Below are positions 9,774 to 18,574 of a stretch of DNA of 64,000 nt, in pieces. The DNA is from an uncultured delta proteobacterium. Its GTDB lineage: Bacteria; Myxococcota_A; Polyangia; Palsa-1104. The stretch lies in assembly GCA_963785725.1 (NCBI GenBank), contig CAWAWS010000002.1:64001-128000 (forward strand), written 5' to 3'. The notes beneath the pieces were generated by a model that ran no database searches, was not told the origin of the DNA, and worked only from the letters and a program-made list of their open reading frames with translations. The position numbers and the translations under genes are program-made. Numbering within the stretch: position 1 is the first letter of the stretch; the number at the start of each line of letters is the position of its first letter.

Positions 9774-11492
9774 CTAGCCGGATGCCTCTTCTGTCTCGGG
9801 GGCCCGATTGGTCTCCGCCTGCTGATCCAGTTGCGCCGCGGCCCATTTTTCCTGAGATACGTCATTGGATTGCAGTGCACGCTCCATGGAGAGACTCTCT
9901 TTGTACTCACGGCATTCGGCAGTCATTGTCCAAGACGTCTGACAGCCGATTTTCTCGAGTTCCGCGCGAATTTCCCGAAGTTCGACGCGGAAGAATTCCT
10001 TCCGCGCGTTCACCTTGTTCACTTGCTTGCGCACAAACCGTTTGTGTAGTTGACGTTCAAGCGTCGGCGCGTCATTGCTGCTGATCATCGCATGGACGTC
10101 GAAATCAAAGGGGACGCTTGCATCACCCAACTCGCGGACGCGCTCATTCGGGTCAAGTCGACGGGTGAGCCCAATCTTGTAGACATGCTCCCCGAAGGAG
10201 CCGACATTTGAAATAATGTAAACGTGACCGGCCTTGGTTTGTTGCGCCATCGACAATGCGCGCTGGTTCTTTTCTTCCGCGGCGCGGAGCTTGCCACTTA
10301 GCTCGGCCAGTTGCTGTTCGTATTTCGCCTTTTGCTCGTCAGTAGCCTTGTCAACTTCACGCCTTACTTTCTCCATCGCCTTACGAAGCACCTCTTCTTC
10401 CTTCTCCGCCTCCTTTATCGCGCGTTCGTATTCCTTCTGAGCACGCTCTTCCTCTCGAATGCGCTCCCTCAGGGCGCGCTGCTCCTCTTTTTCTTTCTCT
10501 TTGAGCTCTGTCGCGGCGACGGCCCAGCGCAGCTCATCGAGGCGGACGTTGAGATACTCTGGCGTGATTCGAGCGTTTCGGAATGCAGTCCCGTTGTGGT
10601 TGACGACACTAAAGGCGTCCTTGATCTTCTGCGCGAGTGTTCCGTAGTTGTCGTCACGGACGTCCGCGAGAACCGTGTCGACCTTCCCATTGAAGGCGTC
10701 GAGCACAAATTCGATCGCCGTCGCACGACGATAGGCTTCGGCGTACTCGCACACTGCCGCAGTATGGTCTTTAATCATCTGGCGCATCCGCTCCCGCGCT
10801 AGCTTTAGCCGTTGGCCAGCGTCGGCAAAGCCGAAGTGCTCGGCCAGGTCGTCGAGCACACTATGCGTAGGAACGACATACCGGTCGCCATATCCGTCAA
10901 TGATGTTCTGCATAGCCGCGGCAGTCTGTTCGAGGGCTTTGGCCCTGTGAAGTGCCGCAAATGCGTCGCCCGCGATCTCTTCGGCCCGCTTCTTTGCGAC
11001 TTCGATGATCCGATTTGCCTCGGCACCGGCATTTGCGACCATCGAGTCGGCCTGAAGTTTTGCATTCTGCGCTGCCGTATTCGCGTGCTCGCGTAACGCG
11101 GCGGCTTCAGCCGTCGCCGCTGTGCGCGTGCTCTGTGCCTCCGCAATCAGCGCGGCGAATTGAGATCTGGCGGCCGCAATTGCGGCGTTGGCTCGCTCGC
11201 CAGCGTCGTTAAGCGTCGCAGTCGACTGTGCTGAGGCGCTCGCTGCGACATTCGCCGCACGATGTTCGGCATCCGCAACGAGTTCTGCAGCACGCCGTTC
11301 GGCATCAACTACAGTTTGGTATTTCGCGAGCGAACGTATCTGTGCATCCAGCTCCGAGCTGCGCGTCTCCGCTGCGACGCGCAGCTGTCGTTCGCGTCTC
11401 GCGGCCGCCGATACCTGAGTCGCCTTAAGCGCAATGATGACAGCGACGATGAGCGCTACGATCGCGAGCGCGGCGACGGCCACAACCATCAT
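9774..11492 (-). CDS. Membrane-anchored DUF4041 + GIY-YIG (T5orf172/MUG113) nuclease; SNIPE/PD-lambda-1-like anti-phage protein
   Basis: N-terminal TM helix, long coiled coil, AFNGKVD..., then GHVYIISNVGSFGEHVYKIGLTRRLDPNERVRELGDASVPFDFDVHA...LERQLHKRF...VNKVNARKEFF. Confidence 0.85.
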   Translation of the reverse strand: MMVVAVAALAIVALIVAVIIALKATQVSAAARRERQLRVAAETRSSELDAQIRSLAKYQTVVDAERRAAELVADAEHRAANVAASASAQSTATLNDAGERANAAIAAARSQFAALIAEAQSTRTAATAEAAALREHANTAAQNAKLQADSMVANAGAEANRIIEVAKKRAEEIAGDAFAALHRAKALEQTAAAMQNIIDGYGDRYVVPTHSVLDDLAEHFGFADAGQRLKLARERMRQMIKDHTAAVCEYAEAYRRATAIEFVLDAFNGKVDTVLADVRDDNYGTLAQKIKDAFSVVNHNGTAFRNARITPEYLNVRLDELRWAVAATELKEKEKEEQRALRERIREEERAQKEYERAIKEAEKEEEVLRKAMEKVRREVDKATDEQKAKYEQQLAELSGKLRAAEEKNQRALSMAQQTKAGHVYIISNVGSFGEHVYKIGLTRRLDPNERVRELGDASVPFDFDVHAMISSNDAPTLERQLHKRFVRKQVNKVNARKEFFRVELREIRAELEKIGCQTSWTMTAECREYKESLSMERALQSNDVSQEKWAAAQLDQQAETNRAPETEEASG

Positions 11493-11782
11493 ACTTCCCC
11501 CTGATTCGTCTCAGAACAGAACGGCGGAGCTTTGCTACTTTGATCTTACCTTCGGTGTCGCCGTCGCCGCACGACAAAACTTGGTGTTGGTGGATGTAAG
11601 TGCGTCGCGCACTGCGACGATTCGCCGCATGTTGGTCATCCTCGGCGGCACGCCGGAGATAGGCCGATCTTGTTGCTGGCGCCGTCGAGCGCGCGGAGCT
11701 CGGCTTCGTAGGCGATTGACAGGTCCCGCAAACGAACCTTCGTCGAAGGCGTAGTAATGAAGCGCATGATAGCGTTGAGCCC

Positions 11783-12511
11783 ATGATTAGCCTTGATGGC
11801 AAGTCGGCACTGTTGGGCTACGTGCAGACGCTCGTTCACGTGCATCTCGGCGAAAGCGTCGACGCGTGCATTCGCGCCAGCCGCTTCGCGGCATCACCCG
11901 AGCGAGGCCGTCGTCCTCGTGAGCCGCGCTTCGCATGCGCGAGTGTGATCCATGGATTCGCGGCGCTTGAAGCCGCCACGGCAATGTTCCGATTCGAGTT
12001 ATTCGAGAACACAGAAGGCTTTCACTCATACAAAGGCAACGCTGCCGAACCGCGCGTCGCGAAGCTGCTCGAGGACTGGACGAATCGGCGCTGCTCGCTC
12101 CGGCGGCGCTGCGAGTTTCTCATGGAAGCGCGTGGCGAGAAACTCGATAGCCCGCTTGGGGAGGCCGTAATGGACGTGACCTTACTCCGTAATATGCTTG
12201 CGCACGGCTACGCAATGCCGGGACTCATGCTCTGGGACGATGCAGCGCAGCCGGAGATCGAAGTCGTGCACGACACGTCGAAGTTCGTGCGACTCTCGTT
12301 CTCCAGGCCAGATCAGCTCACCGTCGGCGATGCCCGCACCGCCCTCGAAGTCTTTCTTCGAGCAGCCCATGCCGTCACGCACGCTTTCGGACATGTTCTC
12401 GGCTTTACGAGCTATGAGGCCTACGAAGGGGGGCGCCCTCTGCACATCGGAGGCGGGGACGCCATAGAGCCGGTGGATACGATCCTCGCGGTCGTCGATA
12501 ACGTGAAGTAG
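11783..12511 (+). CDS. Hypothetical protein with HEPN-like motif (putative RNase)
   Basis: 242 aa; helical N-part FAALEA and RNMLAH (RxxxxH) motif; located in defence-like block. Confidence 0.5.
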   Translation: MISLDGKSALLGYVQTLVHVHLGESVDACIRASRFAASPERGRRPREPRFACASVIHGFAALEAATAMFRFELFENTEGFHSYKGNAAEPRVAKLLEDWTNRRCSLRRRCEFLMEARGEKLDSPLGEAVMDVTLLRNMLAHGYAMPGLMLWDDAAQPEIEVVHDTSKFVRLSFSRPDQLTVGDARTALEVFLRAAHAVTHAFGHVLGFTSYEAYEGGRPLHIGGGDAIEPVDTILAVVDNVK

Positions 12512-12612
12512 CACCCCACCGACTGACGGGCTGGCCCGGCGCTGGATAGGGTAGTAATTTCATGGCGATGAGTCGCAGCTGACTGCAGAGCTGCAGGTAG
12601 CCGCGATCTCGG

Positions 12613-12618
12613 TATAAT
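12613..12618 (+). promoter_or_regulatory. Putative sigma70 -10 box for the three-gene operon
   Basis: Perfect TATAAT 30 bp upstream of ATG 12649; -35 is poor. Confidence 0.35.
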
Positions 12619-12648
12619 GCGGAATTCAAGCGATCGGAAGCCAAGCCA

Positions 12649-13305
12649 ATGACAGAACTTTCTCCTCAAATCGACGGCCTGTCCATAGTTCTTGTTGGGT
12701 CGTTCAACCCGCAGATATTTCAACCAGCCTGGTTCGGTAGCGCTGAGTTGATTAGGAAGCAAGAGGCTGAGGCCGCAACTATCGAATTGATTCATCCGGA
12801 AGTGTGTACGTTCAGAACCGATTGGTTTCATTTGGCAGTCACTCGCGAACGATTTGCGATCTCTACCGTCCAACAGAGTGCCTATGAACCCATGCGTGAT
12901 CTCGTGCTCGAAACATTCAAGTTGCTGAAACATACTCCGTTAACGCAGATGGGCATCAACAGGGATCGTCATTTCACAAGTCGTTCGAAGGACGAGTGGC
13001 ATGCGATTGGTCATCGACTTGCGCCGAAAGAGGTCTGGGCTCCGCTCCTAGAAAAGCCTGGCCTCTTATCCCTGGCGATTCAGGGCGAAAGAACCGACGG
13101 AAATAGAGGTAGGACTGTCGTGAAAGTAGAACCTTCTGTGCAGGTGGTTCCCGGCCTCTATGTGAATGTAAATGATCACTTCGATCCGCCGACCGATGAG
13201 ACTCAGACAACCTGTGAAGGATTGATGGGCATCTTGGCGAAGTCTTGGTCTGAGATAATGGTCAGGGCGCAATCCATATCGTCAGCTCTTGCAGTGCTCT
13301 CGTGA
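12649..13305 (+). CDS. Conserved-looking hypothetical protein (possibly TIGR04255-like alpha/beta fold), gene 1 of three-gene operon
   Basis: 218 aa; SIVLVGSFNPQIFQPAWF, LKHTPLTQMGINRDRHF, LYVNVNDHF motifs; overlaps next gene by GTGA. Confidence 0.7.
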   Translation: MTELSPQIDGLSIVLVGSFNPQIFQPAWFGSAELIRKQEAEAATIELIHPEVCTFRTDWFHLAVTRERFAISTVQQSAYEPMRDLVLETFKLLKHTPLTQMGINRDRHFTSRSKDEWHAIGHRLAPKEVWAPLLEKPGLLSLAIQGERTDGNRGRTVVKVEPSVQVVPGLYVNVNDHFDPPTDETQTTCEGLMGILAKSWSEIMVRAQSISSALAVLS

Positions 13306-13892
13306 CGGTTGTGGATAGGTATGCACCGTACCAGGTTCGCGGTACTGGCACCGAGGATAGACCGGTTTTGCCCAGCACGGCGTCGAGCCCCCGCATAACC
13401 GCGAATCCTGTCCTCGTTTACATAGACGAACTGGTAGCACAGCCGGTATCGTCGCCTGCCGAACAAGCCAGTCGGGGAAGCAGAACTAGCTATCGGCCGC
13501 TCAGCGAGAAGCTCAGCCGACATTCGGTCGTCGTTAGTCCGAAGGCTGTTCAACTCGCGCAGGACCGATTTATCTCTCTGCAAAAATGGGAAGGAGTCGT
13601 GACGGCGATCGACGAGCAGACATTTTGGGCTCACCTAATCGACTTGACCCAAGGGGGAGCCGATGAAGAAGCGGAGTTGTTCGTAGACGACGTGACTGAC
13701 GATGATCGTGCACTATTGCAAATTGGCGCGGGATTTTATTGGAACATCGGATATCGCGACAATGCTCACAACGGTAACAGAATCAGGGCATCGGAAATTC
13801 GCTTTAAGCGAGTGCCGCCAGTCAGCGCTCAGGAGTATGATAGCGCATTATCTCGAGCGCGTCACCTCAGTGACCTGCTCGACTGGAAGTAA
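13302..13892 (+). CDS. Hypothetical protein, disordered N-terminus plus small beta-rich C-terminal domain, gene 2 of operon
   Basis: 196 aa; Pro/Ser-rich first half; LQKWEGVVTAIDEQTFWAHLIDL...EEAELFVDDV...LLQIGAGFYWNIGY...SEIRFKR; stop abuts next ATG. Confidence 0.7.
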   Translation: MTVVDRYAPYQVRGTGTEDRPVLPSTASSPRITANPVLVYIDELVAQPVSSPAEQASRGSRTSYRPLSEKLSRHSVVVSPKAVQLAQDRFISLQKWEGVVTAIDEQTFWAHLIDLTQGGADEEAELFVDDVTDDDRALLQIGAGFYWNIGYRDNAHNGNRIRASEIRFKRVPPVSAQEYDSALSRARHLSDLLDWK

Positions 13893-14978
13893 ATGGCGGA
13901 GATTCAGATCTCGGTCTTCGGACCAGGTTACGGCGAGTGCATTCTTTTGGGTCTCGGCGAAGGCTGGATCATTGTAGACTCCTGTCTGAACGAGCAAAAA
14001 CAGGCGGCGGCAATCGACTACCTGCGGTCAATCGGCAGCGATCCTGCTACTGAAGTTCTGCATGTTATCGCCACGCATTGGCATGATGATCATATTGGAG
14101 GACTGGCGGAAGTCGTGCGGGCGTGTCCGTCTGCTCAGTTCTGGTGCTCCGGAGCGCTCAAGCGTGAGGAATTTCTAGCTCTGACTCAGGTTCGACCAGC
14201 CCAGCGGTTGAAGTCCGGGGTGCAAGAATTCAGCGAAATACTGTCTATTCTTGAGACGAGAGCAAATCTCAATCAGCCGAACCATCGACCCCATTTTGCA
14301 TTCTGTGATCGCCGACTTTGGCACCGCCCGGCAACAGCAACAGTTCCTGAATGCGAAATCTTTGCGCTTTCACCATCTGACGACGCGCAGTTAGCTGGCT
14401 ACCGCGAAATTGCCGCTCTTTTGGAACAAACTAAGTTGGTGGGTGCATCCACTAAGATACCTTCTATCAACCCAAACCATGTAGCAGTCGTTCTTTGGAT
14501 TCGAGTGGGCACTGACGTCGCTTTGCTGCTCGGATCCGACCTCGAAGAGACGCGAAATCCGGCTCAGGGTTGGAGTGCAATTCTTGCGTCGAGCGGCAGG
14601 CCCAAGCAGCCCGCGTCTCTTTTTAAAGTTCCCCATCACGGCTCTAGAACCGGACACCTAGACGGTGTTTGGTCGAGTATGTTGACCGCCGAGCCAATTT
14701 CTCTGTTGACGCCATTTGTCCGCGGGAGTGTCAAACTGCCGACGACGAGCGATGCGAATCGAATTTGTTCGCTGACCCCCCACGCCTTTGTTAGTGCACA
14801 ACCGTCCCCGAAAGCCAAAAGGCGTCCTGCTCAGGTTGCGCGAACTATCCAAAATGCCGCGCGCGTTCTCCGGGCGCTTCCATCCATGGGGCAGATCATT
14901 GCTCGACGGAACGGCGACAAGTGGGCAACCGAGCTATCCGGAGGGGCGGTTGCGTTAGCTCAGTTGGCTAAGAAATAA
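13893..14978 (+). CDS. Soluble ComEC/Rec2-type metallo-beta-lactamase-fold hydrolase (putative nuclease), gene 3 of operon
   Basis: GYGECILL, IIVDS, THWHDDHIGG (HxHxDH), LLGSDLE, FKVPHHGS; no TM or competence domain. Confidence 0.85.
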   Translation: MAEIQISVFGPGYGECILLGLGEGWIIVDSCLNEQKQAAAIDYLRSIGSDPATEVLHVIATHWHDDHIGGLAEVVRACPSAQFWCSGALKREEFLALTQVRPAQRLKSGVQEFSEILSILETRANLNQPNHRPHFAFCDRRLWHRPATATVPECEIFALSPSDDAQLAGYREIAALLEQTKLVGASTKIPSINPNHVAVVLWIRVGTDVALLLGSDLEETRNPAQGWSAILASSGRPKQPASLFKVPHHGSRTGHLDGVWSSMLTAEPISLLTPFVRGSVKLPTTSDANRICSLTPHAFVSAQPSPKAKRRPAQVARTIQNAARVLRALPSMGQIIARRNGDKWATELSGGAVALAQLAKK

Positions 14979-15016
14979 CTCACTAGTCAAAGCTCGTTCA
15001 TGAGTGGGATTCAAGG

Positions 15017-15448
15017 ATGCTTCTAAAGCGCATCATCGCGTTGACGGTCTTGACCGCCGCCGGCTGCTTCTCGCCGAAATACGGCGGCGGCGAATTCCAA
15101 TGCGCCGCCGCTCTCCAGACCACGACCGTGACGTTCACGGTTCGGCTCTGGCAGTCGCAAACGAGCATGGCGACCTCCGACCTGCTCTTCGTAGTGCAGG
15201 TACTAGAAGAGTTGCGGGAAGAGCTAGGCCTATCGGAATCGCTCGTCGGTTCGACGCGACCCTTCATTCTGGTCGAAGACGTCGCCGCTCACGTCATCGA
15301 TATCGGCTTCCATATCGAGCTATCCGCGAGCTTTGACGAAATCAAGGCCGCGATGGCTGCGAGAACCAACGAATATTCCGAAATTGATTGGGTCGATAAG
15401 AGCGATATCGATCAGTTTTGCAAAGCGAAGGACGTCCTCCCTGTCTAG
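15017..15448 (+). CDS. Probable chimeric remnant: lipoprotein N-terminus joined to a NUDIX-like fragment
   Basis: Lipobox LTAAGC then FSPKYGGGEFQC; later VLEELREELGL resembles the end of a NUDIX box; composition shifts mid-ORF. Confidence 0.35.
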   Translation: MLLKRIIALTVLTAAGCFSPKYGGGEFQCAAALQTTTVTFTVRLWQSQTSMATSDLLFVVQVLEELREELGLSESLVGSTRPFILVEDVAAHVIDIGFHIELSASFDEIKAAMAARTNEYSEIDWVDKSDIDQFCKAKDVLPV

Positions 15449-15506
15449 TTAGCGCTACTAAAGGGCAACGGCTTAGCGACCGCTCGTTAGCAGAGTTGCC
15501 GCAAGA

Positions 15507-16133
15507 TCACTTCGCAGAGTGACCCGTCGACTGGAATAATTGCGAACGCACAAAGTCCGCCATGATGAGCGAATAGATCGGCTGCATGTACGTCGAGCCC
15601 TTCTTGGCCGTCCTGAAGCAGAGGTCGAGCTGATTCGTCTTCGTCTTCTCGACGATGTCTTCCATGTTCGCGTGGCTCGTGCTCTGCAGCTTAGGGAACG
15701 TCGCTATCGCGAACTGCACCTCGGGCTCGCCATTCTTCACCGACGTCCACGCCGGCCCCCCAGAGTCGGCGCCACAGCCAATGTTACCGTCGGCCTCGCC
15801 CGCTTCAGCCGTCGCCGGAAGATGGTTCTTGAGCCAATCGACAAACGCTTTCCGCTTGTGCGCAGGCTGCGGCGCGAGCTTGAAGTTCACCATGACGACT
15901 TTGCCGTCCGCGACTTCAATCGTCGCCGAATCGAACGGCGCTGACAGCGTCAACGTCTTGTCGTCATCCAGTTTGACACCAGCGCTCGCCAGCGCAGCAC
16001 TGCACGCCTGAAAGGCCGTTCCCGGCAGACAATTGGCAAGCGCCTGCGCCGACTTATTCCCCTCGGCGGCATTCACGATCGTCCCGCCTAATCCGACTAC
16101 AGCAACGATTGTCAGTCTAGCGATCACGGTCAT
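15507..16133 (-). CDS. Secreted hypothetical protein, candidate immunity to the upstream amidase
   Basis: Sec signal (MTVIARLTIVAVVGLGGTIVNA-A), four Cys; overlaps upstream gene by 17 bp. Confidence 0.65.
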   Translation of the reverse strand: MTVIARLTIVAVVGLGGTIVNAAEGNKSAQALANCLPGTAFQACSAALASAGVKLDDDKTLTLSAPFDSATIEVADGKVVMVNFKLAPQPAHKRKAFVDWLKNHLPATAEAGEADGNIGCGADSGGPAWTSVKNGEPEVQFAIATFPKLQSTSHANMEDIVEKTKTNQLDLCFRTAKKGSTYMQPIYSLIMADFVRSQLFQSTGHSAK

Positions 16134-18351
16134 TCCCCTTTTGGTGAGAAGAGCGGTCTTCGGTCTCTTTCATCCATTTGGGCTCGTCTCCGCCCGTGTC
16201 GGGAGCAGCCGCGCCACCAAGCTCGGGCGGTCGGCCCCAACCTTTGAATCCCGAGGTGACCTTACCAGAACCGTCGACGGTAATCTTGTGAACCTTCGAC
16301 GTCACTTGATCCGACGCGTTGCCCTCGACGGTCACGACGGTGACCTCGGTTTCGGTTTTGTGCACGCCGACAATGATGCCGACGTGGCCAGACTTCGCCG
16401 AATGCTCCTGCCAGAAGACGTCGCCAGCGCGGATGTCCAGCTGGCTCGTCGATTTGATAGCCTTGTCGTCGTAGTCCTGCTCTTTCCCGGCTTTTCCTTC
16501 TTGGAAGTCGCCGCCGTACTCTTTGTCTTTCTTGCCGTGCTTCCTCTTCGTGTGCTCGTCACCAGTCATCCGGTAGTAGGCACCGCCTTCGCCCTTCGCC
16601 GCCATCTGCGCCAGCCGATCGGGGACGTCGAGCGAGAACGCCAGGCTCGGCGTCTTGATGCCGGCGCGACGATAGACGTACGTCGCGAAGCTTCCGCACC
16701 ACGGAATGCCCGCGTGCGGATCCACGCCAACTTGCGCGATGTACGTCTCGATCGGCCCCAGCTCCGAGGTCTCGGTGACGCGATGGCCTTTCTTCCCCTT
16801 CGTCTCGGTAAAGGTCGCAATCTTCTGCGCGCCAGCGCGATCGTCGTTGGTGCCACCTTTGGCGCCTTCGACGTGACCTTCGTGCGCGGCCTGCGCTCCC
16901 TGCGCCGTGCGGCCGCCAGAGTCGTCTTTCATGATGTCGTCGATCGAACGCTTGTCGCCGCGATGCAGCTCGTAGTACGCGGCCGCGACGACGCCTTCGG
17001 GCGTCGCGGGAAACACCGGCACGACATGACCGTCGTGAAGAACCTGGTCGCCCGCGCCGAGCGCCTGATTCTTGCCGCCGTCGTGCGCAGCATTGCCCGC
17101 ACCGGCGAGCATCGGAGCACCGGCCGCGCCCGCCGCGTGCGGCGCCTCGGCATTGCCAGGCTTCGCGTTGCGCAGACGATCCATCAAGCCAATGGCTTGC
17201 GACGTCATTCCACCATGCGCTTGCGCGTACGCCGCCAGCTCGCCGACCGCCGCCTCCGGATCGAGCTGTCCCGCTTGAATGCGTTTCTCGAGTTCCGCCG
17301 TCTTCTGCTCTACCGTTTCGCCCGCAGCTGCACTGCTCGCGGGCGCACCTGCTGATCCATTCGCGGCTGCGTTCTTCGGCTGCCCCGCCAAGGATTCCTT
17401 GGACGCGTTTGGATGATGACCGCCATGGCCGTGGCCGTGCCCGGACCCTGCTGGCGCTTCGTGTGCGCTCGTCAGCGTCGCGTTGGCACCGCCCGCACCG
17501 CCACCGGCGGGTTTGGCCGCGCCGCCTTTGACGGCCAGCTCTTGCGCGATTGGCTGCAGCAGCTGCTTGAAAGCGCCGACTACCTGGTCGACGTGCGACT
17601 GCCAATTGGCGTCCTGCTCGCTGAGGAACGCCAGGCCGGCTTTCACAGCAGGGTTGCCTTCGACGAGCGCCGACTTGATCGCACCGTCGGCGTCGAAGAT
17701 ACGTAATCGAGCTTGGTTGACGACTTCCAGTCCGCCGTCCGAGCCGGGCAAAACGTCGGCTGCCAGAACCGGCGTCAACATCTCGTAGGCGTCGGTCAAC
17801 GGCACACGACGAACCGGCGCAGCGTCTTCCTTGTCCGTCTTGCTGGCGGGCGTCTCATCCTCAGCGGCGCCACCGCCAGCCTCACGCGCCTCGTCAGCCT
17901 CGCTCGCCTGCCCAGAAGCAGCCAGGGAGGCTGGGCTAGACGCTGGCTTCGCGCCAGCCGCCGCACCGGAACTCGGCGCCGCATCTTTTTCACCGCTGGC
18001 GGCTTCCTGTGCGCCCTCCCCGCTAGCCTGATCGACGGGAGACTTGGGCGCAGACTCTTCGGCGACTCTCGCCGTCTCCGGCCCGATCTTGCCGTCAGCT
18101 TTCAACCCATGTTCACGCTGCCAAGCGCGAACCGCATTGATCGTGAGCGGGTCGATACCGGTCGCAGCGAGAAACCTCGCCGCGAGATCTGGATGCTGGT
18201 CGCGATTGTATTTGCGTGCCGCGCGTATGGCCCTCAGCCGCTGAATCTGCTGTGGCGTGAACTTGCCGCCGACGAGGTCGCCCTCTTCGCTCGGACCCCG
18301 AGCAGCGTCATCGCCAGTCGACTTCTGCTGACCCTGAAGCCTGTCAGCCAT
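16117..18351 (-). CDS. Peptidoglycan-binding + CHAP-domain amidase (putative antibacterial effector)
   Basis: AVRAWQREHGLKADGKIGPET (PG_binding_1); C-terminal PWCGSFATYVY...GDVF...SGHVGII...TVEGNAS (CHAP Cys/His/Glu); no signal peptide. Confidence 0.8.
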   Translation of the reverse strand: MADRLQGQQKSTGDDAARGPSEEGDLVGGKFTPQQIQRLRAIRAARKYNRDQHPDLAARFLAATGIDPLTINAVRAWQREHGLKADGKIGPETARVAEESAPKSPVDQASGEGAQEAASGEKDAAPSSGAAAGAKPASSPASLAASGQASEADEAREAGGGAAEDETPASKTDKEDAAPVRRVPLTDAYEMLTPVLAADVLPGSDGGLEVVNQARLRIFDADGAIKSALVEGNPAVKAGLAFLSEQDANWQSHVDQVVGAFKQLLQPIAQELAVKGGAAKPAGGGAGGANATLTSAHEAPAGSGHGHGHGGHHPNASKESLAGQPKNAAANGSAGAPASSAAAGETVEQKTAELEKRIQAGQLDPEAAVGELAAYAQAHGGMTSQAIGLMDRLRNAKPGNAEAPHAAGAAGAPMLAGAGNAAHDGGKNQALGAGDQVLHDGHVVPVFPATPEGVVAAAYYELHRGDKRSIDDIMKDDSGGRTAQGAQAAHEGHVEGAKGGTNDDRAGAQKIATFTETKGKKGHRVTETSELGPIETYIAQVGVDPHAGIPWCGSFATYVYRRAGIKTPSLAFSLDVPDRLAQMAAKGEGGAYYRMTGDEHTKRKHGKKDKEYGGDFQEGKAGKEQDYDDKAIKSTSQLDIRAGDVFWQEHSAKSGHVGIIVGVHKTETEVTVVTVEGNASDQVTSKVHKITVDGSGKVTSGFKGWGRPPELGGAAAPDTGGDEPKWMKETEDRSSHQKGNDRDR

Positions 18352-18574
18352 GTCTCGCGCACCTAAGATTCATCACGCGTCGCCCCCTCAATGTTATCGG
18401 CAACGGCCACCAAAAGTTGCGTTTGCGAATGCCATTATCCCCTCTGCGTCCGCTCAACTCCTTCGAATACTCAGACGTAATTCGGAACGGATTTCGTCAA
18501 TAATTCTCGACAAGAATAATTCGCGACCTAATCCCGTGGCGCTGTAATCGCGACGATCCAACTCGATGCGAGCG

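Noticed and set aside
11493..11782. Small ORFs between the SNIPE-like and HEPN-like genes
   Set aside because: No RBS or recognisable motif; probably divergent promoter region or remnant
13893..14978. Competence gene comEC or beta-lactam resistance gene
   Set aside because: No membrane or competence domain, no signal peptide, and it sits in an island context
15449..15506. Integron attC-like site (GGCAAC...GTTGCC, GTTAGC)
   Set aside because: No proper RYYYAAC/GTTRRRY pairing, no repeats of it between neighbouring genes, and I see no IntI-type features in the integrase
16033..17355. 440-aa plus-strand ORF
   Set aside because: Antisense shadow of the CHAP amidase
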